The notes under the pieces: model-generated
Told to the model about the DNA's origin: nothing
Databases searched by the model: none
What the model saw: only the letters and a program-made list of their open reading frames with translations
Origin: Octopus vulgaris
Taxonomy: Eukaryota
Assembly (NCBI GenBank): GCA_951406725.2
Contig: OX597816.1
Location: 149,110,001 to 149,174,000, forward strand
Length of the DNA: 64,000 nucleotides
Direction of reading: 5' to 3'
Translations under genes and position numbers: made by a program
In this document: piece by piece, positions 12,457 through 24,910 of the stretch
How the letters are laid out: the number at the start of each line of letters is the position of its first letter
How positions within the stretch are numbered: the stretch's first letter is position 1

Positions 12457-13543
12457 GAATGTTGAACGAAGGATTGTTAAGGGGTTTGGAATTAAAATTA
12501 AGAAAAAATAACATAAAATGAAGATTCTTCACCAATTTTTCACTGAAGAATCATGCGTGTTGAAAAAAAACTTTGTATTTCAACAGTTTTACAGTGAAAT
12601 GCTAAAATACGAGTTGACAAAGAAATTCAAAGGTTGTTGGAAAGTTCAACATAAAATTTGCATATGACTAAATAGATGATTTTTTAAATAATAATCATGG
12701 TTATGAAAAAGAAAGTGAACAAAATGAAATACTTATAGAAAATAGTGCATAGAATTTGAATGATGGCAGGCGAATCAATCGTACTGTAGATCGTTGTAGG
12801 ATATAAATAATATAAGCACTTGCTTATCGAGAAATTTGTAAGTTCGATTAAAAAAAAAAAATTTAAGTATCACTGTTACGAATTATAATATCCTATCATT
12901 AATTCCTTTCTACAATAGTAAATAATAGATAAAAATATAGATATCTTATTTTGTACTGAGTACGAAAATGCGGCATAATGTCAAATGACGTTGATAGATG
13001 GATACTGTCTATATAATATAATATATCATATAATATAAAACAACGCGTCTAAGGCGTTGGACGGTAGGGCTTAACGAATTAGACGGCGAGCAGAAATAAA
13101 GTTTGAATACAATTTGTCATAAACCAGATACCCATTTTCCTGAAAGTTATGAGGGAAAAATGTAGTTATGCCACATAATACATGTTTTTATGTACTAGTA
13201 ATAGAGTTTTGTGCTGAGAACATACCAAAACAATGCATACCCTATGTGTACATAAATTCTTTTGCAAAATATCTGCAGAGTCAAAACATTTTGATTCACT
13301 GGTTTGCCAGTTTTGAAGATAATCAACCCAAAATTAAATGAGCTCAAGCCATTCACCCAATGAATATTCCTGTCAAATTTGATGAAAATCTGTTCGGCCG
13401 TTTCTCAGTAATTTTGCAAACACACAAACAAAGATGAGCAACTACTACAATACCCTGCTTTCACCAACGCGTGCAAGGTATAATTGTTTTGGGATGTGGA
13501 CTAAGATGTCTAATGTATGTAGCAACAGTATAATTTTCTTGCA

Positions 13544-14506
13544 GGCGGAGGGAAAGGACATGGACCGCACTCCATTTCAATTTTTTTTTTTTTTTTTTTG
13601 CTTTTTTCTTCAGAAAGCCATTTTTCGACTGCGGGGAATCCGAATCTGCAAAAAATATCAACATTTCAAAATTTTAATTCACCCCCACCCCTACTCTCCA
13701 ATTTTTCACCTTTTTTTAGAAATATTTTTATTTTTGCCGAAATACATAGAAAATACGGAGATGATGATTCTGAAAAAAAAATTTGTAAAATTTCAATTTT
13801 TCAAAAATCAATGATCACCCCCTCCACTCTGCCAGCGCATCTGTGACAGAAAGTAAACATGTGGTTGAGGGTCTTTTGGGATTAAGAAAGGTATGTAAAA
13901 ATTATTTTGTTTTGCACACACACGACAACAAAATGATATTAAAATTTTTTTTCTTTTTTGGTAATTCGTATTTAGTATGTGGATCTTCGGTTTGGCTTTT
14001 GTTTCTAGCTTGTCGGACTTTCCGGTTGGAGCGTATATAGAAATTGAAGATATTGAAAACCCCCAAAACATGTTTTCAAAATTTTAATTTTTCCCCTCTC
14101 CACCCCTCTGGCAAAGAAAAAAGGAGGTGGGGGAAATTAAAATTTTGAAAACGTGATTTATCGTTTAGCTGCTGTTTCTAGCAGTCGAGTTTAGATACTT
14201 TTTACGTCTGCTATTTTAGTACGAGGGGAGGGATGTTTATTATTATTATTTTTTATTTCTTGGAAAATTGAAATTTTACAAAATTTTTTTCAGAATCATA
14301 ATCTCCTAATTTTTCTACGTATTTCGCAAAAAAAAAAAAAAAAAAAAAAATCTGAAAAAAGTGAAAAACTGGGATTTGGGGTTAAAATTTTGAAATGCCG
14401 ATTTTGGCTGGCAGATTCGGAATCTCTGCAGTCGAAAAGGTGGGTTTCTATAGAAAAAAAAACAAAAAACCGAAAGGGGGTGCGGTCCATGTCCTTTACC
14501 TCTGCC
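13544..14506. mobile_element. Long-TIR (foldback-like) non-autonomous DNA transposon
   Basis: GGCGGAGGGAAAGGACATGGACCGCAC ... GTGCGGTCCATGTCCTTTACCTCTGCC; imperfect inverted arms of about 260 bp. Confidence 0.75.
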
Positions 14507-14739
14507 TTCAGAAAAACCCAAGTCTTTGTGATGTAATTTTGCAAATGTTAGTTTATACATGTTTAGTTAACGCAAAAACTGTGAAATTTAAACTTTGAGT
14601 GTCTTTAAATGTTTAGTTACATGCTGTTGATGTTTTGGAGATGTAGTGCGAGACTGTTTACTCAATATTTGTAACAATTGCATTTTGGTGTGCTGAAGGA
14701 AAGTAGATCACCATGTCCCTATGTGTATGTGATATGAAT

Positions 14740-15660
14740 GCAGAAGATTGAAGAGAAGAAAGATACACTCATCATAAATGATTTATGTGTGTGCGAGAGA
14801 GTGGTTAGACATTGCTATAAGTAGGTCATTAAAGTACAAAAAGAAGAATATAGGAGAAATAACCGAACCTTGAGGTACATCAGAGGTGGTAATGAGTCAA
14901 TAACTTTGGCAACACTTCTGGTAATGTGGCAGTCCAAAAAGAAATTTTCAGTCTTAGAGATGAGACAAATGCAGTCCATAGGAGTAAACTTAAGTAGTTT
15001 TCACTTGAAGTATTTGCTGATGTCAATGGCAACAACATTGCTTACACCAAAGTTCTCAAGAGTGAGAGATGAGTAGTGTATTAAGTGGGAGCAGATGTCC
15101 AACAGATCTGGTTGTATGGAAACTGTGCCGGTAATCACTGAGAAAGGAAAGAAATTCAATATGATAAAAGAAAGTTTTCTCACCTTTCAGATATTGAAAG
15201 TGAGGGCGATTGGTTGAGTGCTTTTTATCAAGAAGACTTCTTTTATGATATTAATCCATAATCTAATCAGAAGAGTAAGCAATGCATCTAAAGGAGATTA
15301 TACATGATTAAACTGACTTTTGTGAGCTTCAGCAGGCTCAGAATCTGTTAAATTCCTTAAAGTCCTGTGACAATTTTGAAATTACTAAACCACTTTTCTC
15401 CTAAGTTCACTTTGGCTTACTTCAGTTATTTCATTCAAATTGTGCCACCCCCAGAACTAATATCATTAACATCACTGAATTTGCCAGCAGGACAACTGAA
15501 CAATCTATAATGTTCAACAGTTAGATAGTCTTATGCATCTGATAGATCTAATACTTCGATTTTCAGAAAGCCTGCAAGAGCCCTCACTGAACCCTTTTAT
15601 CTACCTTCTTTTTCACTGGTTACATAGAATCAGGGCCCAGCTGATTTCCACCTGGCATAT
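14740..15660 (-). mobile_element. Highly decayed non-LTR RT remnant
   Basis: PIALTSI and PMDC-like motif traces on minus strand; no open ORF. Confidence 0.4.
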
Positions 15661-15682
15661 TAAAGTTTTACATGACACCTGT

Positions 15683-15778
15683 CAAAATATTTTCGTCGCT
15701 TTGAGACTGCGACCTGTTCACTGACAAAATATTGTGTCAGTGAACAGGTCGCAGTCTCAAAGCGACGAAAATATTTTG
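15683..15778. repeat. Perfect 44-bp-arm palindrome with 8-nt spacer
   Basis: 15683-15726 is the exact reverse complement of 15735-15778. Confidence 0.95.
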
Positions 15779-15921
15779 GCAAATTAAATTTTAATGTTGG
15801 AGTGAATCTAACGGTTTTTGTGTGTTTTTTAAACGGCTTATAAACACCTTCCACGCTGCAATTGTTTTCATTCCAGCACACGATCTCAGATCAGGTCACT
15901 TGCTATGCAAGAACATCTCCG

Positions 15922-16673
15922 GGTTAATATCTAGATCCGCACCCGGTGGGAAAAATGGAAACGAAAATGTGTAACAGTTGTAAGGCATCGTATATTGACG
16001 GAATAAGACGGGAAAAAAGCGCGCTGACAAACGGGGGGTGGGGGGTGGGGGCTCGGGAAATTCCCAGGATCAATCGTAGAGGATCCACGCCCAGGTGGCA
16101 AAAATGGAAAAAAATATGTGTAACAGGTGTAAGGCATCGTATATTGAAGGAATATGACGAAAAAAGCGCGCTGACAAACGGGGGGGGGGGGGGCTCGGAA
16201 AATTGCCTACGATTTAAAGAAAAATTTACCATCAATTTTCACCATTTTAAACGCATTTCACACACATAGCCCAATGTCATAATTCAAAACTAACGCAGCG
16301 AAAATTTTGAAAAGTTCCCCCAGTTCTGAAAAAAATCGATAAATTCGACATGGGGTCGCGAATCAGAAACACAATGGTGAAAATTGATGGTAAATTTTTC
16401 TTTAAATCGTAGGCAATTTTCCGAGCCCCCTCCCCCCCCGTTTGTCAGCGCGCTTTTTTTTCGTCATATTCCTTCAATATACGATGCCTTACACCTGTTA
16501 CACATATTTTTTTCTATTTTTGCCTCTACGGTTGATCCTGGGAATTTCCCGAGCCCCCCCCTGTTTGTCAGCGCGCTTTTTTCCCGTCTTATTCCGTCAA
16601 TATACGATGCCTTACAACTGTTACACATTTTCGTTTCCATTTTTCCCACCGGGTGCGGATCTAGATATTAACC
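15922..16673. mobile_element. Young long-TIR MITE with 8-bp TSD
   Basis: Termini GGTTAATATCTAGATCCGCACCCGG / reverse complement; TSD CATCTCCG (15914-15921, 16674-16681); near-identical arms of about 300 bp with internal subrepeats. Confidence 0.9.
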
Positions 16674-18714
16674 CATCTCCGTAATACACACACACACACA
16701 CACACGTATATATATATCAAGAGCAACCGTGTGACCATTCAATCCTTGTTAACTTTTTGTGATTTCAAAACAATTGTTGCTGTTCTGTGAGAATTAGACC
16801 ATTAGCTAACTCCAAGGTGATTATCAAGGATTATGATGAAGACTGAGAATAAACAAAATGGGTATTACTGACTCTCATTTTGCTTTTAGCAAGTTCATTG
16901 TTGATCTAAACAGCTCCAACATATTATTATTTAGTACCCACAAGACTACATATTATTTTTCAGTACCCACAAGACTACAAAATGTTGCACACTGTAAAAA
17001 CCTTCCTTCAATAAACAAAGACAAAAAAGGGTCATCATAATCCTCATCATTTCAACGTCTACTTTTCCATGCTTGCATGAATCAGACAGAATATACATCG
17101 AGGCAGATTTTCTAAAACTAGATGCCCTTCTTGTCACCAACCCTCACATGTTTCCAAACACAGCAATATTTCCTTATGTCCGGATATATTTTTCATGGAA
17201 GATTGTAAACAAATGACACCACTTGTACGACGACGACGACGACATTTGTTTACAACTATCGCGCTGTATCAAGATAGAGATACATGCACGCGCGAGGGTT
17301 GTACTGAAAGTGAGAATAAGCTTTTTATTAACTGATGTAGGGCGTTCAACTTGCACAGGCTGATAAAATAACACTTCCTCAGAGTAATTCTTCCTAAATA
17401 CCCTGCTTCGTTATTTTTAATCATGCTATGTTATTAATCATATAGTACCTATTTTATATATCAGAGTTGAAGTTTGTTTAGCACACTCTGTTCAGTATCT
17501 ATGGGTATGGCACGAATAAAAATAATAATGGTTTCTGATTTGGACACAAGGCTAAAAATTTCGAGGAGAGGGGTTTAGTAGATACCATCTACCTCAATAT
17601 TTGACTGGTACATTATTTTATCGGCCCTGAAAGGACGAGAGGCATAGTTGATCCTAGTGGAATTGAACTCAAAATATAAAGAACCGGAAAAATACTGCTA
17701 AGCATTTTTTTCTTGACGCTGTTATGATTTTGGGGACAAACAAACATTAGAAACAATACTAAACACAAACAAGTAAACATGGGCACAAATTTTACATTAA
17801 AAAATTGCAAGATTAAACAGGTGGATCGATGATTCTTTTCCATCTCAAACTGATGCTTATATTGTCTAATAACACTTTACATATAAAATCTTAACAGCTG
17901 ATTCATTCATAACAAAAACAGTATTCCCCAAAAGGGCTCGTATTTACATAAGAGTGGGAGACGTGTGACTTTCACCTATTTTGTTACTAAAACTATTTAC
18001 ACTTTTTCATAAGGTAGTAAGTAATGATTTATAATTTTTTTTAAAAGAGCAACTGTCACCGATTACTCAATGCTAATGAAACGAAAGCATCCGAATTTTA
18101 GAATAACATTATGCAATCAAACATGAAAGCTTCTATTGAGAAGTTATGTTTTAAAATTTTACCCTACCTTCGATTATGCAAGGTGATATGGTGTTATCAT
18201 TGTAAAGTCTTGTTGAGTAAACATTACAATTATTAATATTTAGAGTTAAGCTTTAACTGTAGATCGGCTAGTTAAATTCTTAGAAAACTAACGAATAAGG
18301 AAAATGTCTCCACGAAAACAAATTTAATCGCATGAAAATATTCAGAGTACTTTTGGTTTCTTTTGATCACCCTCGTGTATGTACAAGCAAAAATCTTCAC
18401 CGTCTCAATAAATTGAAATCATTGACGTACATCTAAGCATAACGGAAATTACAAACCAATTTTTGAATGTAGGACTGCTTCCCCAAACATTGAAACATAA
18501 CTATATAATGTGAGAAATCCTGCAAAAGCATTTCGCTGACTTATCACAATTGAATGTAGATGTGGGCCAAATTATTTTAATGATTGTGGGTGGGATATTT
18601 GGAAATTAGAACGAAAAACCAAAACTAAAACAAAAAGTGAAAGTGAGGAAGAGAGCATGAAACGTTAACCTCATATCTCTCTCTCTCTTGCCAGGACGTT
18701 AAGGTATACGTTAC

Positions 18715-18885
18715 CTTAATCTCGCCAGAACGTTTCTGTCGTCTTCTCTTTACAGCTGTTTTTCTCATTTGTTCTAGGCGCTTCTCTCTTTCTTCTACAG
18801 TTTCTCTCTCCCTTCTGTCCCTTGCTCTCAAGGCATCTGCCGCACGACGCTCTTCGTCTGTAGCATATTTCCTTGGCCTTCCCAT
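18715..18885 (-). CDS. Candidate alternative first exon: AT-hook (MGRPRK) plus STPR-like repeat (57 codons)
   Basis: ATG start; GRPRK hook; ETVEEREKRLEQMR resembles the STPR unit start; phase-0 donor AAG|GTAACG at 18715/18714. Confidence 0.72.
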
Positions 18886-19227
18886 TAAAGGATCAGAAAT
18901 GTTCAGTTTGACAGAATTTTGATACGGCGAGGATACTAAGCAAGTTATAGATTCAATATTAACTCGATATTGACTGTTTATTGTAAAGAATGACTACAAA
19001 AAGAATAAATCGCTGATTCCTTGCTAGCATCTAAGTTAGCTTGTTTTGGGCACATACGCGCCGAATCAATGACAGGATGATAACAATGATGATGATTTTA
19101 ATATGTGAGTAGAAATTGACGAAACCAGCTAGCTGGTCCGACATTAAACATTGGAAATGGAGAAGATGGTAGCATTAGATGTGAATACTCTGGAGATGGT
19201 AGCATTAGATGTGAATACTCTGGAGAT

Positions 19228-21308
19228 GTGAATACTATACTCCAGAGTATCCTGGACTCAATATGGGCAGCATGTGCAGCATCAGTGCCACGTAAACAAA
19301 AAAAGAAGAACCGCCCCAAAAGGGCAATTTGGGAAACTTCAGCGGTCCGACTTGCCAGGAGGGAACGTCGGACTGCTGAACGGGAATACAGGTTGCATAA
19401 ATCAGACACCAACAGGAAGAAGCGGAATAAATCCTCCAACCATCTCAAGCAAGTGACAAAAAAAGCAGTGCTTGAATTTGAACAGTGCATAGCAGCCAAT
19501 CCTGACAGCAAGGTTTTCTGGAAATATGTGCACTCAAAGCAGAGACCTCACTCTCCAGTGGGCCCTCTTCACAACCCTCACACAAACCAGATCACTGACG
19601 ACCCCAAGGAATGCGCAGAACTCATTGCCGAGTGCTATGCAAACATATTCACTGTTGAAAGTCAAAATGTACCATCTTCACCATCACTAACAGCAAACTC
19701 CATAACAACTATGGAATTTACACCTGCAATGCTGCGACGTCACCTTCAAAATAAGCGCAACTATGCCTCCCCTGGTCTCGATGGAGTTACATACCTGCTT
19801 CTCAAACGTGGCAGGCACTTCCTTTTACACCAGCTTTCTATTTTCTTCCAGTACTGTCTCAACAATGGTGCTACTCCGGAGCAGTGGAAAACTGCCAGTG
19901 TCATTCCTCTGTTCAAAAAGGGCGACCGCACATCACCTGTCAACTATCGCCCAGTCAGTCTCACTAGCTGTATTGCAAAACTGATGGAATCGTGTGTCAG
20001 AGAAACACTCTGGAACTTCTGGAGCTCTCACAGTCTCATCCGACCCTCACAATATGGATTTGTCCCTAACTCCAGCTGCAGTGACCAGCTTGTCGAGTTC
20101 CTTGAGGACATTACTCAGATTACTGACAGTGGCTCATGGGTGGATGTTGTCTACCTTGACTTTGCTAAGGCTTTCAACTCTGTGCCACACAAAAGGCTTA
20201 TGGTGAAACTCTCTGCAATGGGTGTGGGGGATGACCTTTTTAACTGGTTGAAATCCTTCATCCTCAGCCGAAAGGAGGTAGTCACAGTTCTAGGACAGCA
20301 CTCTACACCATATGAGATGTCATCGGGTGTACCACAGGGATCTGTCCTTGGCCCCCTCTTGTTTGTGGCATACATTAACGACATAGATGCCAATTTAAGG
20401 AATGCCACAGTATTGAAATATGCAGACGACATCAAGCTGTACCTTGAAATCAAGAGGACAGATCCTGATGTCTACAACTCTTTCCTGCAATCAGACCTAG
20501 ACACAATGCAGCAATGGATCACAGACTGGCAACTGAAACTGGCTGTGGACAAGTGTACCACCATGCATTTTGGGAGAAAAAACCCTGCGTTCACATACTC
20601 CCTCCACAACACTGATATCAAGAAATCCTCTTGCGAGCGTGACCTAGGCATCACTGTCAGCAGTGATTTGCGTTGGTCAAAGCATATCTCTAAGATTGTC
20701 AGGAAGGCCGAGGGTGTCTTGGCATCACTCAGCAGGTCTTTTGTTAGCCGCTCTCCAGCCATCTATTTAAAACTGTATACAGCTATGGTACGACCACACT
20801 TGGAATTCGCATCATCAGTTTGGAACCCCTATCTTGCACAGAACATTGACCTCCTGGAATCTGTCCAGAGACGTGCAACCAAACGCATATCCTCCATCAG
20901 ACACCTACCATATTCTGAGCGCCTTGTTTCCCTGGGCATGGATTCACTGAAGCTCCGGCGTTTGGCGACGGACTTGGTAAACACCCACAAAGTTATCAAC
21001 CACCTCACCAACAACAACACTGAACACCTTTTTGATCTCCATGTGTCTAACACACGTGGACATGCCTACAAAGTCAGAAAACAATACAGCTCCCATGACT
21101 TTCGGAAACATTTTTTCACGCTCAGAGTTGCTGAAGCATGGAATAAACTGCCTGCGTCAGTTGTTGACTGCCATGACACTGCATCTTTTAAGGCCCTCAT
21201 GCTTTCCGAAATCCGCCGAAACTTCACCTGATTATATATACACTTTAGATGAGTTGTAGTGCACCTGAGCACTGTACACAATTATTATTATTATTATTAT
21301 TTTTATTA
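19228..21308 (+). mobile_element. 5'-truncated CR1/L2-group LINE with uninterrupted 667-codon RT ORF (19228-21231)
   Basis: NYRPVSLTS, QYGF, YLDFAKAF, GVPQGSVLGPLLF, YADD, TRGH...F..RV..WN.LP motifs; short 3' UTR and (ATT)n tail; no endonuclease domain. Confidence 0.95.
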
Positions 21309-23022
21309 GTGACAGTATTATTAGAGTAGTAGCGAAAAGAAGGGTTATGTTTGGAAAGGAGAAGGTAGTAAACAGCCACGTGATATTTATCTTGGGTTTT
21401 GTGTTTGTTCAAAATGAGGCGACAGGTTGGTCATATGACGTATTTGCTATAGCAACAAAGTTAGGTATCTATAAACATGACTTAAATAAGTGCGAGTTAT
21501 ATCACCGTGATCTTCCCTTAGCGTAGCGACCGGTGTACAGCTATGATGTTGCTTAGCGCCAGATCAACTCCGATCGAGCAGACCCCACAAAAGGCTTTCC
21601 AGCCGTGACCACCTTGTTTTTCATTAAGATATTAATGTATCTAGAACTGCGTTGTCTTCTCGCTCTTAGAGTGTAAAGCGCATTTCGAGGGGGACTTGGC
21701 TTTTTATACCCGCTAGATCCAACGAAAACATAGAAGCCCAAAGTTGGCTCAAGTAAAATTCGATATTAGTATCACATATAGAATAACTAATGACATTGAA
21801 ATGCAGCATTATTTCTCAATTCTGTCGACCTTTGAAACAATATAATTTTCGATATTCGCCTATTTGGAACTAAACTTCTGTTTACCTTCCCTCGTTTTAG
21901 TTTCCACATCCCCAGCAGAGAGAAAATACATAACAATCAACAGCAGAAGGTGTATGTGTGTAGAACACAAGTTGATATTTCCACTTCTTGCGAGAGAAAG
22001 AAAGAGAGGGAGAGCAAACGGCTTGTGGGATATTTTCCGTTTTTACATCTTTGAAAAAAATCAGATCTGATGTGCAAAACCGAAAAAATCCCATCTAGGT
22101 GCATCCTAAGTTGCATGACTTTTTTTTTTTTTTTACTGTAGAAAATTTTAAATCATCTGATAAAATGACAGTGTACTATTTAAAACAACACAAATCAAAT
22201 GAAATCTCAAAGTAAAAACCTTTTTTACTTATTCTAAAGCAAAACAAAAACGGATCTTTTCAAAAACTTCTTTCGAAATTTTTAGAAAACCAACCTTAAA
22301 AAAATTTTGTCATTTACAAATTTGTTCTACAAAAAATGCCCCTATTTACTAGTGTCTTTAAATCAGTGGCTCTGTACCAGGGTCTGTATGGCCTTTGGGG
22401 TCCATACAAGATTTTGTTGCTGAAATTTATCTGCAACAAATTGCTTATATTTCTACGTGACAAAATATATTAACAAACTTTTAATACAATTCCTAATATT
22501 TAATTATAAAAGTATAATGTGATTTTTTAAACATTGGATGGCTATGAGGGTTCGGGTGAGTAAAATAGGAATCAAAGGGATCCATAGATAAAAAAAAAAA
22601 AATGGTTGGGAAACATTGCTTTAAATCGAGGCAAACTATTTCATTCACAAATTCGATATTTGTATGATTAAAGTATGTTTTGCTTTTCAATATTGGTATA
22701 TAGATTAGGAATGTGCAGTACCTGTTACTTTTGCAGAGTCCTGGATTGTTAATATCAGCTGATGTTCAGTTCAAATGTTTGTACGAAAGAACAGGAAGTT
22801 TGTAATCATTTAACCTACTAGAAACAACAGCCAGACTCCCTCAAATTATTCCCAACCTCACTAGCTTATAATGAGAAAAGACACATTGCAGTTGTCTGCA
22901 AAAGACAAGATGAATCTAAGGCTAAGCAATATGACCCCGTGGGTTTGCTGACAAAAACAAGAAAGCCTCTATGTGATCTCTAAACCAGCAACAAATTGCA
23001 TCTAAATTGCTATCAAACTATA

Positions 23023-24306
23023 TAAGGTGGTATCAAAAAATTCCCAGACTAGTTCTGTAGTGCATCCACAAGTCCCTGCTCACAGTTGTGTAGTGAGAGC
23101 TAGCAGTGTGCTAAGTAACATTGCTGTATTTACTTAACAAGTTGTGAAATTTATATTTTTGTGATCATGTGTTTGCTGTAGTCTGCAATTTTGTCATGGA
23201 GAGGAAGTTGCAGCAAAGAGCCAAAATGAAATTTTACATTAAACTTGGGAAGTCTGCTACAGAGACATTGAGCATGCTTCAGCAAGCTTGTGGCAATGAA
23301 GTAATGGGTTGTATGCAATGTTTCCAGGGGCCCAGATGCTTCAATAGTGGAAAAACTTTCCTGGAAGACGATGAGCAATCTGAAAGACCTGCCAGAAACA
23401 TCATCCCAGAAATATGCAGAAAATTCATCAGCTTGTGCATTAGGATCGTCAGAGGACTATCAACAACATTGCTGATGTTGTTGGTCTGTTGTATGGGTCC
23501 ATGCAGGCAATCCTAAAGCCTGAATTGAACATGCAGTGTGTCTCTGTCAAGTTTGTCCTCCACCTGCTGACCACTGAGCAGAAAGAACATGGCGTCAAAG
23601 TCTGTTAGGATTTCCGTCAGCATACCACTAATGATCCATCTTTTATATTGAGGGACATCACCAGTGACAAGAGTTGGGTCTGGGTATGACCCTCAGACAA
23701 AGCGGCAGTCATTGCAATGGAAGAGCTCTTCATCTCCATGACCAAAGAAGGTGTGACAGAGCTGCAGCTCAGTCAAGATCATGCTCATCGTTTTTTTCAA
23801 CATCTGCAGTACATCAAAAATTTGTCCCCCAGAGCCTGACCATCAATCAAGAATTCTGCTGTGACGTTTTGAAGCATTTGAGTGGCGACATTCAAGAAAG
23901 ACAACTGCATCTGTGGAAGGCAAAGAATTGGAATTTTCATAATGACAATGCACTCTGTCACTGAGCTCTCCTCACTCATGAGTTTCTCATCGAAAACATG
24001 GTATCACTTCTGTACCTGCTCTATTCACCAGACTTAGCACCTGTGGGCTCCTATTTCTTCCCCAAGATCAAAAGCAGCGCAAAGGTTGTCATTTTAACAT
24101 CACTGTCAAGGTCCACAGTGAATTGCAGAAGGTCCTCCACTCACAGAAAACGACTTCCAGGCTGGATTTCAAAAGTGGCAGGAATGCTTGGACCAGTGCA
24201 TTGCTGTACAAGGTGACTATTTCAAAGGAGATTATGTTAAAACTTAGGTAAATAAGTTATTTTTTATTAAGTATAATTAGTCCTGGAACTTTTTGATACC
24301 ACCTCA
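23023..24306 (+). mobile_element. Full-length degenerate mariner
   Basis: TA TSD, TIRs TAAGGTGGTATCAAAAA / TTTTTGATACCACCTCA; FYIKLGKSATET, HNDNA, YSPDLAP in broken frames. Confidence 0.9.
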
Positions 24307-24659
24307 TACTCTTAAGAAAAAATATATAATCCAAGATAGTGGGAAAGGTGTAGCAAAAGATGAAATAGGCATGTGGACAACATCAAAGTAAATCAATGGG
24401 AAAACATCAGATTGTTGTTTAAATAATTTATTTAAACAACACTTGCATTTACTTGTTGTATACAGCAAAAATCTCACATGACATTACCAACTTTACTTTG
24501 AGCTGACCAAGAAGAAATTAACAGGGTAAATACTATGTCATATGATAGGGTAGAACTGGACATGTTTTGTATGTGTGTGTGCATTGGTCATTCAGTGGTC
24601 TCTGTTTATGTTCTGTGACTGCTACTGTGTTGGGTCGTTCATGTTGAATATTTAGATCT

Positions 24660-24910
24660 TTGCGTTGCATTTTGATCTTGGGGAAGAAATGAGAGTCCAC
24701 AGGTGCTAAATCTAGTGAATAGAGCAGGTACAGAAGTGATACCATGTTTTTGATGAGAAACTCATGAGTGAGGAGAGCTCAGTGACAGAGTGCATTGTTA
24801 TTATGAAAATTCCAATTCTTTGCCTTCCACAGATGCAGTTGCCTTTCTTAAATGTTACCCCTCAAATGCTTCAAAACGTTACAGTAGAATTCTTGATTGA
24901 TGGTCAGGGT
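24660..24910 (-). mobile_element. Inverted partial copy of the adjacent mariner (about 23835-24078)
   Basis: MVSLLYLLYS(P/L)DLAPV appears on both strands; close reverse-complement match. Confidence 0.85.

Noticed and set aside
15924-16684. Mirror-image ORF pair
   Set aside because: Artefact of the MITE's long inverted repeats.
19228-21231. Host gene or autonomous retroelement
   Set aside because: No ORF1 or endonuclease and no ATG at the ORF start; typical 5'-truncated LINE copy.
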